Source of the DNA: a virus
DNA: 14,126 nt
Reading direction: 5' to 3' (one strand)
Virus genome (UHGV): UHGV-1734872
Both the position numbers and the translations under genes were made by a program. Below, in pieces: positions 7,438 through 14,126 of the stretch (positions are counted from its first letter, which is position 1; every line of letters starts with the position of its first letter). The notes below the pieces were generated by a model, which did no database searches, was not told where the DNA came from, and worked only from the letters and a program-made list of their open reading frames with translations.

Positions 7438-7720
7438 CGTCTTCCCCTTTCTGTGACTTAAAGCGGCGCTGTATGGCGATTTCCACCACCTGATAACCGG
7501 CAATGCCGAGCATGGATCCAATCCCGCACACGGCAGGCAGTGACATATCAGGAAACTGCACCAGAACAACACCGGCGACCATCGAAACGAAACCGCCGAG
7601 CAGCATGCGTCCGACAAACAGGCGCGGGGTGATGGGCTCACCACCTGCCAGCACTTTCCCGACAACAATCATCACGCCAATCACAAACAGTGACAGGACG
7701 CCTTTTTCCCCTTCTGTCAT
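7424..7720 (-). CDS. Y: Holin (P2 gpY family)
   Basis: 98 aa; MTEGEKGVLSLFVIGVMIVVGKVLAGGEPITPRLFVGRMLLGGFVSMVAGVVLVQF... has hydrophobic helices and a charged C-terminus, and matches P2 gpY from memory. Confidence 0.88.
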   Translation of the reverse strand: MTEGEKGVLSLFVIGVMIVVGKVLAGGEPITPRLFVGRMLLGGFVSMVAGVVLVQFPDMSLPAVCGIGSMLGIAGYQVVEIAIQRRFKSQKGEDDAGH

Positions 7721-7723
7721 GGT

Positions 7724-7927
7724 TTACTCCCAAAGATTGATAGTGTTAGTTACTGGTGAAGACGGCACATCGGGCAGGTCAATCTCCGTGCCATGCGGCA
7801 GAATGACACCCAGCTCAGACAGACCCGGATTAGCCTGCAGCACCGTCTCGACCACGCCCTCAGTGCGCCCGTAATACCGGGCGCAAATCGCATCGAGGGT
7901 GTCGCCCTGCATTGCCCTGACTTTCAT
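7724..7927 (-). CDS. X: Tail protein X (LysM-like)
   Basis: Start at MKVRAMQGDTLDAICARYYGRTEGVVETVLQANPGL... (7927) gives 67 aa and matches P2 gpX. Its start overlaps the L stop as TGATG. The longer track ORF is an upstream extension. Confidence 0.85.
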   Translation of the reverse strand: MKVRAMQGDTLDAICARYYGRTEGVVETVLQANPGLSELGVILPHGTEIDLPDVPSSPVTNTINLWE

Positions 7928-8433
7928 CAGAGCTGACCCACAATGCAGCGCGGCTTGTCCTGCAGACGCGCAACTGACCAGCGCATATCCCGCCACAGGT
8001 CATCAATGGTGGTTTCCACACTGTCGGCTTTTTTGTCACCCTTGCCGGTGGCCTCAACGCCGCGATAGCGCTCATACAGGGTGGCGGTTGCCATCGCCGT
8101 CACGGCGCTCAGATAATGGAAAACACGCACATTCTCGCCGTCGATTTCCTCGGCAGGCACGTCGGCCAGTTGCTTAAACCCGGCGGCCGTCTGGCGCAGC
8201 CGGTAGTCATAAAGCTCCGCATTGGTCTCGGCCATGCCGGTCTTGATGGCATTGCGCAGGCGCGCATCGGAAACCGTCTGCTCAAGGCGCATCAGTTCGC
8301 GCACGCGCTTCGGATCCACATCAGGGAAAAAGAACGTGTTTTTAATCACTGCACCGCCCGTCTCCGGTGCGGGAATCACCACGCCCGGTACGTCCTGCGG
8401 TTCGTCGGGCTGATTCAGTATTACTGTCGTCAT
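7927..8433 (-). CDS. L: Head completion / stabilisation protein gpL
   Basis: 168-aa ORF in the conserved M-L-X position. GAGG lies 5 nt upstream of the ATG (complement of 8431-8433). Confidence 0.85.
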   Translation of the reverse strand: MTTVILNQPDEPQDVPGVVIPAPETGGAVIKNTFFFPDVDPKRVRELMRLEQTVSDARLRNAIKTGMAETNAELYDYRLRQTAAGFKQLADVPAEEIDGENVRVFHYLSAVTAMATATLYERYRGVEATGKGDKKADSVETTIDDLWRDMRWSVARLQDKPRCIVGQL

Positions 8434-8450
8434 GACAACCTCATTAGGTT

Positions 8451-8508
8451 GGGCGGTGGACGCCGGTCGCCGTCAGGGTCAAAACCTGCTTTGACCGGCG
8501 TGCCGCCC
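8451..8508 (-). promoter_or_regulatory. Extended GC-rich imperfect hairpin in the M-L intergenic spacer (RNA structure of unknown role)
   Basis: Arms GGGCGG (8451-8456) / CCGCCC (8503-8508) and CGCCGGTC (8461-8468) / GACCGGCG (8493-8500), about 14 bp of pairing with a small internal bulge and a 24-nt apical region that can form an alternative GGTCAAA/TTTGACC stem. No U-tract follows on the transcribed minus strand. Confidence 0.4.
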
Positions 8509-8526
8509 GGCTCGGGGAGCGTTCAG

Positions 8527-9276
8527 TTAACCGGCGGTTTTTGCCGCCTTTGGTGGACGCCCGCGCTTTGCTGCCGGTTTGCTGGCAGGTTTGCGCGTGC
8601 GCGGTTTAGTCGTTTTACGGAGTGCGGTCTCTGGCTTTGGCTTCAATGCCCGTTCCAGTCGCTCAATCTCCTTGCGCACACCGGCATTGCGGTCGAGCTG
8701 CATCGCGCGCTGAAACTGCGCCAGCGCCTCTGCATTCATACCGACATCACGCAGGGTCAGGCCTGTCACCTTATGCAGACGGGCGCGCACCATGTCGGGA
8801 ACGTCAGCACCGTCGGTCAGGTCGATAGTGGTCTGCAGCCAGGAAAGGTCGACAGACTCACCGGCATCGCGCAGACGCTGCGCGGCAAGCGCCACCTCCT
8901 CAACCAGCATGTAAGGTGTTGTGCGGCGATGGTCAGAGGTGAGGCCGTATTTCAGCGCGTAGGGGGCAATTTCCAGCGCGCCAGCGATATCACCGGCATC
9001 GAGACGCCACAGCATGACAGTCATGACAATGTCATCCTGCGCACCACGGCCATCAGCCAGCACACCGGCGACCCACGGCGCATAGAACGGCAACAGCTCG
9101 CGCTTTTTCGCGGCTTTCAGTTCGTTTGAACGGATGGTTTTTAACGTGCGACGGTCATCGGCCAGCTTTACCAGCATCTGCTCGTAGGCGGTTGCATGGC
9201 GCAGCGGGGCTTGTTCCCGCTGCGCGGCTTGAGAGGCCGAGACCCGCATCATGTGACGCTGTGCGGGGCTCGTCAT
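8527..9276 (-). CDS. M: Terminase small (endonuclease) subunit gpM
   Basis: 249-aa ORF with a basic Lys/Arg/Pro-rich C-terminal tail (KPRTRKPASKPAAKRGRPPKAAKTAG); position N-M-L and size match P2 gpM. Confidence 0.88.
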   Translation of the reverse strand: MTSPAQRHMMRVSASQAAQREQAPLRHATAYEQMLVKLADDRRTLKTIRSNELKAAKKRELLPFYAPWVAGVLADGRGAQDDIVMTVMLWRLDAGDIAGALEIAPYALKYGLTSDHRRTTPYMLVEEVALAAQRLRDAGESVDLSWLQTTIDLTDGADVPDMVRARLHKVTGLTLRDVGMNAEALAQFQRAMQLDRNAGVRKEIERLERALKPKPETALRKTTKPRTRKPASKPAAKRGRPPKAAKTAG

Positions 9277-9279
9277 GGT

Positions 9280-10347
9280 TTAGGCTCCGCTTTCCGGTGC
9301 TGCAGGTGCGGTGAAATCGCCCAGGGTGATGTTTTCCAGCAGGCACCCGGCGGCATACGCCTCGACCACATAGTCGATATTCATCGACTCGTAGTTTTCC
9401 ACGCGGTCTTTTTTCGGGTTTTCATCAATGCTGCGGCGGTGGCTCTCATCCATGAAATAGATAGAGAGGTTTTCCAGTGTGGTCACTAACACGGCATTCG
9501 CCGGGAAGTACGGCACACGCACAGCAGGCAGGTTGCCGATTCGCTTCTGGCTGATGATGATATCTGCCGCAAGCGCCTCGCTGTTTTCCTGCGGCTTGTT
9601 CACCAGCGGGAAATATTTGTCGGCCAGCAGCTTACGGCCAACGATGGCAACGAGTTTCGGGTCATCCTGATAAACCTCGTCAATCAGGTTGTTGGTCGCA
9701 TCCATCACCAGCGCGTCGAGGTTCTCATAGTCGCCGTTTCGACCGACACGAATCACTGCCGAAACGACCTTACCGTCAGCATCGGTGATATTGCTCATCA
9801 CACGCGTCGGGGCTTCATTGCGGTATTTCTGCAGCCAGCCGACGGCCACATCCTGCAGCATCGGATTTTTGGTGCGGTCAGAGGTGGCGGCACGGGTGGT
9901 ACCGTTAAAACCGGCCATGATGAAATCGAGCGCCTGACGCTTGACAATGGCGTCGCGGATGCGGCGCTGGAAGTCCTGAAAACGCGCCCACAGGTCGAGG
10001 GTTTTATATTTCAGATGGAAGTCAAAGTTAATCTGGTCGCACTCGTACTTGTTGGACTCAAGCGCGGTGAAGTCTGCGGTCTTACGCTCATCATCGCCCG
10101 AGGTGTCGGTCGTGCTGGCGATAGTACCGGTCACACCGACGCCGATTTTCTCACCCTTCATTTCTGCGACCGGCAGAATGTTAATCGTCTGCAGAAACGC
10201 GGACGACTCCTGCACTTTGTTCATCAGCGTTTGCGTGACGGACGGCTCGACAGTGAATTTTTTACTGACATCATCAGTGCTGATGCCGTTCAGCTCAGCG
10301 ACGCGGGTCAGATAGGCATTGAACTTAAAACGGGTTTCCGGGCGCAT
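9280..10347 (-). CDS. N: Major capsid protein gpN
   Basis: 355-aa ORF (P2 gpN is about 357 aa as I recall), in the conserved position O-N-M. AGGA lies 6 nt upstream. Confidence 0.9.
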   Translation of the reverse strand: MRPETRFKFNAYLTRVAELNGISTDDVSKKFTVEPSVTQTLMNKVQESSAFLQTINILPVAEMKGEKIGVGVTGTIASTTDTSGDDERKTADFTALESNKYECDQINFDFHLKYKTLDLWARFQDFQRRIRDAIVKRQALDFIMAGFNGTTRAATSDRTKNPMLQDVAVGWLQKYRNEAPTRVMSNITDADGKVVSAVIRVGRNGDYENLDALVMDATNNLIDEVYQDDPKLVAIVGRKLLADKYFPLVNKPQENSEALAADIIISQKRIGNLPAVRVPYFPANAVLVTTLENLSIYFMDESHRRSIDENPKKDRVENYESMNIDYVVEAYAAGCLLENITLGDFTAPAAPESGA

Positions 10348-10385
10348 AGTATTTCCTGTTTGAAATTATCGGTTAGTCACTGCAT

Positions 10386-10404
10386 CGGGCGGGGTTGCCG
10401 CCCG
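10386..10404 (-). promoter_or_regulatory. GC-rich hairpin between scaffold O and capsid N (possible attenuator or processing signal)
   Basis: CGGGCGG-GGTTG-CCGCCCG, a 7-bp all-GC stem with a 5-nt loop, 19 nt after the O stop and about 40 nt before the N start. No U-run follows on the minus-strand transcript, so it is not a canonical terminator. Confidence 0.4.
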
Positions 10405-10423
10405 GGTTCTGGTTTGCGGCTTA

Positions 10424-11278
10424 TCAGCAGTCGGTCAGCAGCTCATCGCCACCGCCGCCGCTGGCTTTCGTGCGTCGCGGCTGGCTGAAACTTTCGGTTT
10501 TATCGAGGGTGGTTTTCAGGTCGGAAAATGCCTGGCTGGTTTCTTCAACCTTGCCGGTCAGTTCCTGTTTAAAGGTGGCAAATGCGGTTTCCATATCGGA
10601 AAGGCGCTTATCCTGCGTAGTGAGGTTGGTCTGCACATGCTCGCTGACGGCGGTCACCGCTTCATGCACATCATTCATGCGCGCATCGTCGCTGACCTGT
10701 TTACGGCTGAAAATGGCTTTCACCTTATCAGTCAGGGCGGTAAATACCGTTTCCGGCTGGTCTTCAAACTCAAGCTCCGCAAGCGTTGCCGCTGAAATCA
10801 GGTTTTCAGGGTTAGCCTTAAAGCGGTTAAGCGGGTTGTTTTTTGCATTGCGACAGAATTCGAGGTATTCGGTGCCGAGGCTTGCCGGGTCATCGGTCAC
10901 AGCCAGACCAACGAGATAGCATTTGCCGGTATTGGCAAAATTCGGCTGAATTTCCATTGAGGTGTAGACCTTCTGCAATTTTTTATTCATTGCAATCAGG
11001 TCATCGGTCGGGGTGATTTTAGCGAACAACGCCCATTTGCCGTTAAGCGCAGAGTCGTCATCAATCTTCTCGGCTTTCAGCTCAACCACATCACCCAGGC
11101 GCTTAAAGTCGCCGTCAGGGAAAAGACCGCGAATATGCTCAAGATTGATGCGGCAACCGTAGACGCGCGGGTCAAACGTGTCGGCCATTTCCTGAATATC
11201 ACTGGCGCTGATAATGCGCCCGTCGCAGGTATCACCCTCGACGCCGATACGAAAGAATTTTGAGACTTTTTTTGCCAT
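10424..11278 (-). CDS. O: Capsid scaffolding protein gpO
   Basis: 284-aa ORF (P2 gpO is 284 aa as I recall), first gene of the minus-strand head operon, divergent from P. Confidence 0.9.
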   Translation of the reverse strand: MAKKVSKFFRIGVEGDTCDGRIISASDIQEMADTFDPRVYGCRINLEHIRGLFPDGDFKRLGDVVELKAEKIDDDSALNGKWALFAKITPTDDLIAMNKKLQKVYTSMEIQPNFANTGKCYLVGLAVTDDPASLGTEYLEFCRNAKNNPLNRFKANPENLISAATLAELEFEDQPETVFTALTDKVKAIFSRKQVSDDARMNDVHEAVTAVSEHVQTNLTTQDKRLSDMETAFATFKQELTGKVEETSQAFSDLKTTLDKTESFSQPRRTKASGGGGDELLTDC

Positions 11279-11443
11279 TGTCAGGAGTCCTGAGGTTAGG
11301 GTTACTGGTCAACGCCAGTTTCCAGACTCAGGGCACGCCAGACCACTAACGACGGCTGGACAATCGCCCACACAACAGCACCTTAGCGAATCACTGACGG
11401 CCATTAAGTAGCCTTGCCCTGAATCCACTACGGCGAGGCATCA
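11279..11443. promoter_or_regulatory. Divergent O/P intergenic region; expected location of the two divergent late promoters
   Basis: 165-bp spacer between divergent O and P, the established P2 location of the Ogr-activated late promoters. Contains the dyad ACTGG-N6-CCAGT (11304-11319) and a CCAGAC direct repeat (11322-11327 and 11338-11343). No canonical TGT-N12-ACA box was found by eye. Confidence 0.4.
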
Positions 11444-13213
11444 ATGACCATTTCCACCGATACAACCTTGTTGCATGACCCGCGACGACAGGCATCGCTG
11501 CTTTACTGGCAGGGCTTTTCCGTGCCACAGATTGCCGAAATGCTGCAGGTCAAGCGCCCGACCGTGCAGAGCTGGAAGCAGCGCGACGGCTGGGACGGCA
11601 TCGCACCGATTTCCCGCGTTGAAAGCAGCCTTGAGGCGCGCCTGATTCAGCTCATCGCGAAACCACAGAAGACGGGCTGTGATTTCAAAGAGATTGACCT
11701 GCTCGGGCGGCAGATTGAGCGGCTGGCGCGCGTCAACCGCTACAGCCAGACCGGCAACGAAGCCGACCTTAACCCCAACGTCGCCAACCGCAACAAAGGG
11801 GAGCGCAAAAAGCCGAAAAAGAATTTTTTCAGCGACGAGGCTATCGAGAAACTGGAGGAATTATTTTTCGACCAGTCTTTCGAGTACCAGTTGCAGTGGT
11901 ACCGCGCAGGACTGGAGCACCGTATTCGTGACATTCTCAAATCCCGCCAGATTGGTGCGACGTTCTATTTCTCCCGCGAGGCGCTGCTGCGCGCGCTCAA
12001 AACAGGCCATAACCAGATATTTTTATCAGCCAGTAAAACGCAGGCTTACGTGTTTCGCGAATACATCATCCAGTTTGCACGACTGGTCGACGTTGACTTG
12101 ACCGGCGACCCGATTGCCATCGGTAACAACGGCGCAAAACTGATTTTTCTCGGTACCAATTCCAACACCGCGCAGAGCCATAACGGCGACCTGTATGTCG
12201 ATGAAATATTCTGGATCCCGAACTTTCAGAAACTGCGCAAAGTCGCCTCGGGCATGGCTTCGCAGAAGCACCTGCGCTCGACCTACTTTTCGACACCCTC
12301 AACACTGGCGCACGGGGCTTACCCCTTCTGGTCTGGTGAGCTGTTCAACAAGGGGCGCGCCAGTGCCGCTGACCGCATCGAAATCGACATCAGTCACCGC
12401 GCGCTCGCCGGTGGTCAGCTCTGCGACGATGGCCAGTGGCGGCAGATTGTCACCATTGAGGATGCCCTTGCCGGGGGCTGCACCCTGTTCGACCTCGACC
12501 AGCTCAAACGAGAAAACAGTGATGATGATTTTAAAAACCTGTTTATGTGCGAGTTTGTCGACGATAAAGCATCGGTATTCCCGTTCGAGGAGCTGCAGCG
12601 CTGCATGGTCGATGTGATGGAAGAATGGGAGGACTTTGCCCCGTTCGCCGACCATCCTTTCGGTTCTCGCCCGGTCTGGATTGGCTACGACCCGTCGCAC
12701 ACTGGCGACAGTGCCGGGTGCGTCGTGCTCGCACCGCCGGTGGTCTCGGGTAGCAAGTTCCGCATGCTGGAGCGCCACCAATGGAAAGGCATGGACTTTG
12801 CCGCGCAGGCAGAGGGCATCCGCAAGCTGACCGAGAAATACAACGTCGAATACATCGGCATTGACGCAACCGGCCTCGGCCTCGGCGTGTTCCAGTTGGT
12901 GCGCTCATTCTACCCGGCAGCACGCGGCATCCGTTACACACCTGAAATGAAAACCGCAATGGTGCTCAAGGCAAAAGACACCATTCGCCGTGGCTGTCTG
13001 GAGTACGACGCAGGGGCAACCGACGTCACGCAGTCGTTTATGTCGATTCGCAAAACCATGACCAGCAGCGGGCGCAGCGCCACCTACGAGGCCAGCCGCA
13101 CCGAGGAAGCCAGTCACGCCGATATCGCATGGGCGACCATGCACGCCCTGTTAAACGAACCGCTTTCTGCCGGTAGCGGCATGCAGCCTAAATCTATTCT
13201 GGAGTTTAATTAA
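11444..13213 (+). CDS. P: Terminase large subunit (ATPase plus nuclease) gpP
   Basis: 589-aa ORF (P2 gpP is about 590 aa as I recall). GAGG lies 5 nt upstream. It has an N-terminal HTH-like segment (YWQGFSVPQIAEMLQVKRPTVQSW), an ATPase core with SRQIGAT, LYVDEIFW (Walker B-like) and FSTPST (coupling-motif-like), then a C-terminal region with IGIDATGLG typical of terminase nuclease domains. Confidence 0.92.
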   Translation: MTISTDTTLLHDPRRQASLLYWQGFSVPQIAEMLQVKRPTVQSWKQRDGWDGIAPISRVESSLEARLIQLIAKPQKTGCDFKEIDLLGRQIERLARVNRYSQTGNEADLNPNVANRNKGERKKPKKNFFSDEAIEKLEELFFDQSFEYQLQWYRAGLEHRIRDILKSRQIGATFYFSREALLRALKTGHNQIFLSASKTQAYVFREYIIQFARLVDVDLTGDPIAIGNNGAKLIFLGTNSNTAQSHNGDLYVDEIFWIPNFQKLRKVASGMASQKHLRSTYFSTPSTLAHGAYPFWSGELFNKGRASAADRIEIDISHRALAGGQLCDDGQWRQIVTIEDALAGGCTLFDLDQLKRENSDDDFKNLFMCEFVDDKASVFPFEELQRCMVDVMEEWEDFAPFADHPFGSRPVWIGYDPSHTGDSAGCVVLAPPVVSGSKFRMLERHQWKGMDFAAQAEGIRKLTEKYNVEYIGIDATGLGLGVFQLVRSFYPAARGIRYTPEMKTAMVLKAKDTIRRGCLEYDAGATDVTQSFMSIRKTMTSSGRSATYEASRTEEASHADIAWATMHALLNEPLSAGSGMQPKSILEFN

Positions 13214-13959
13214 TGAAAAATAACGTTTTCTCACAAAGCCAGATTCAGGCAATGACCGATATTCTGCACAATGACAGCTTTGACTATCAGGCAACATGGT
13301 TGCGTGTCGGGAAACTCAATACCGACCGCAGCATCACAAAATCGCGCCAGATTGGCGCAACGCAGCTCTTCAGTCGCGAGGCGCTGCTCGATGCGCTGAC
13401 AACGGGCGATAATCAGGTCTGGTTTGCTCACACCGTTGAGCAGGCGCGCGTGGCGCTGATGTACATGAACAACCTTTCAGCACGCGTCGGCGTCCGCCTG
13501 GCGAGTAACGGCCACAGCCTGCAGCTCGACGGTGGGGCGGTTATCAGCTTTGTCGGCGAGGAATCCCATTGCGCCGCACTGGCGGGTAACGTCTACCTTG
13601 ATGAGTTCGGGTGGTTCAGTAACCCGCGAAATGCGGCAAAAGTCGCGGCGGGTATCACCTGTCATAAGCGCCACAGACTGACGATGTTCACCTCTCCCTC
13701 TGATAATCATGACGCTTTCCGGGTATGGAATGGCACGTTCCGCAATCACCGACCGTCACCGCTAATCAATACCGGCGACAGCGTATTTTGCACAGATGGT
13801 GTCTGGCGTCAGTCGGTCACTCTGGATGCAGCATGCCAACGCGGATGCAATCTCTTTGCGCCTGAGGAAATTAAACGCGAATACAGCGACGATGATTATC
13901 GTCTGCTGTTTGGCTGCGACTGGTCTTTCGCTGTTGCAGCGGGTGAGGTGGCAGCATGA
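13213..13959 (+). CDS. Stand-alone terminase-large-subunit ATPase-domain paralog (no HTH N-terminus, no nuclease domain)
   Basis: 248-aa ORF alignable by eye to P residues ~125-375: FDYQ..W.R.G, KSRQIGAT in both, SREALL.AL.TG.NQ, VYLDEFGW versus LYVDEIFW, FTSPSD versus FSTPST, DGVWRQSVTLDAA versus DGQWRQIVTIEDA, REYSDDDYRLLFGCDW versus RENSDDDFKNLFMCEF. The ATG overlaps the P stop (TAATG) with GGAG 8 nt upstream, and its stop overlaps the Q start (ATGA). GC is similar to the surrounding phage DNA. Confidence 0.8.
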   Translation: MKNNVFSQSQIQAMTDILHNDSFDYQATWLRVGKLNTDRSITKSRQIGATQLFSREALLDALTTGDNQVWFAHTVEQARVALMYMNNLSARVGVRLASNGHSLQLDGGAVISFVGEESHCAALAGNVYLDEFGWFSNPRNAAKVAAGITCHKRHRLTMFTSPSDNHDAFRVWNGTFRNHRPSPLINTGDSVFCTDGVWRQSVTLDAACQRGCNLFAPEEIKREYSDDDYRLLFGCDWSFAVAAGEVAA

Positions 13960-14126
13960 GCAAGCGCAAGCCACGCAAAACAGTCGCCACGACCGCCAGC
14001 GCCCCGCAAAAAATGGAGGCGTTCACCTTCGGCGAGCCGGTGCCGGTACTCGATAAGCGTGACATTCTGGATTACGTCGAGTGCATCAGTAACGGCAAAT
14101 GGTACGAGCCGCCGGTCAGCTTTTCA
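13956..14126 (+). CDS. Q: Portal protein gpQ, N-terminal 57 codons (runs off the window end)
   Basis: The open frame from ATG 13956 translates MSKRKPRKTVATTASAPQKMEAFTFGEPVPVLDKRDILDYVECISNGKWYEPPVSFS, which resembles the P2 portal N-terminus from memory. GGTGAGGTGG lies upstream. It is absent from the ORF track because it is truncated by the window edge. Confidence 0.8.
   Translation, partial: MSKRKPRKTVATTASAPQKMEAFTFGEPVPVLDKRDILDYVECISNGKWYEPPVSFS

Noticed and set aside
6940-7668. Long 242-aa form of the endolysin ORF, and similarly the long forms of X (to 7996), LysB (to 7048) and R (to 6467)
   Set aside because: The upstream extensions overlap the preceding genes and have no similarity to the known proteins. 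Internal Met codons with Shine-Dalgarno sequences give products that match P2 gpK, gpX, LysB and gpR in length and N-terminus.
8116-9129. 337-aa plus-strand ORF
   Set aside because: Entirely antisense to L and M, which have clear homology and correct synteny. Long antisense ORFs are common in high-GC DNA. Other plus-strand ORFs antisense to H, I, J, V, N and O (for example 1373-1951, 1837-2379, 2969-3385, 3845-4381, 10015-10488, 10395-10919) were rejected for the same reason.
13213-13959. Interpreting the terminase-like ORF as an assembly artefact or a pseudogene fragment of a second terminase
   Set aside because: The copy is highly diverged at the nucleotide level, so it is not a collapsed duplicate. 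It has an intact frame bounded exactly by the coupled P stop and Q start with its own ribosome-binding site, and the conserved motifs are retained. A selected gene is more parsimonious.
1-14126. tRNA or rRNA genes, CRISPR arrays, IS elements or transposases, integrase or att sites
   Set aside because: No tandem direct-repeat/spacer arrays, no cloverleaf-like tRNA candidates and no transposase- or integrase-like ORFs were seen. The window is internal to the prophage late region, so att sites and integrase are expected elsewhere.

Overview
This window is the late-gene (structural, lysis and packaging) region of a P2-like (Peduovirus-type) temperate phage or prophage from a Gram-negative enterobacterial host, judged by protein similarity recalled from memory and by gene order; no database search was run. 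On the minus strand it runs from the start of tail sheath FI through tail-fibre assembly G, tail fibre H, baseplate I/J/W/V, tail completion S/R, the lysis cassette (spanins LysC/LysB, endolysin K, holin Y), X, head completion L, small terminase M, major capsid N and scaffold O. On the plus strand, divergent from O, lie large terminase P and the start of portal Q. Two things break the canonical P2 layout. (1) An AT-rich island of about 1.1 kb (4402-5509) sits between V and S, the position of the P2 moron orf30, and carries one opposite-strand 287-aa ORF of unrecognisable function followed by a perfect 12-bp hairpin; this is the best candidate for an undescribed accessory or anti-phage function. 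(2) A 248-aa ORF wedged and translationally coupled between P and Q is a diverged stand-alone paralog of the ATPase core of P, lacking both the N-terminal DNA-recognition region and the C-terminal nuclease. The canonical Z/fun and lysA positions are empty. No tRNA, rRNA, CRISPR array or transposase was seen.
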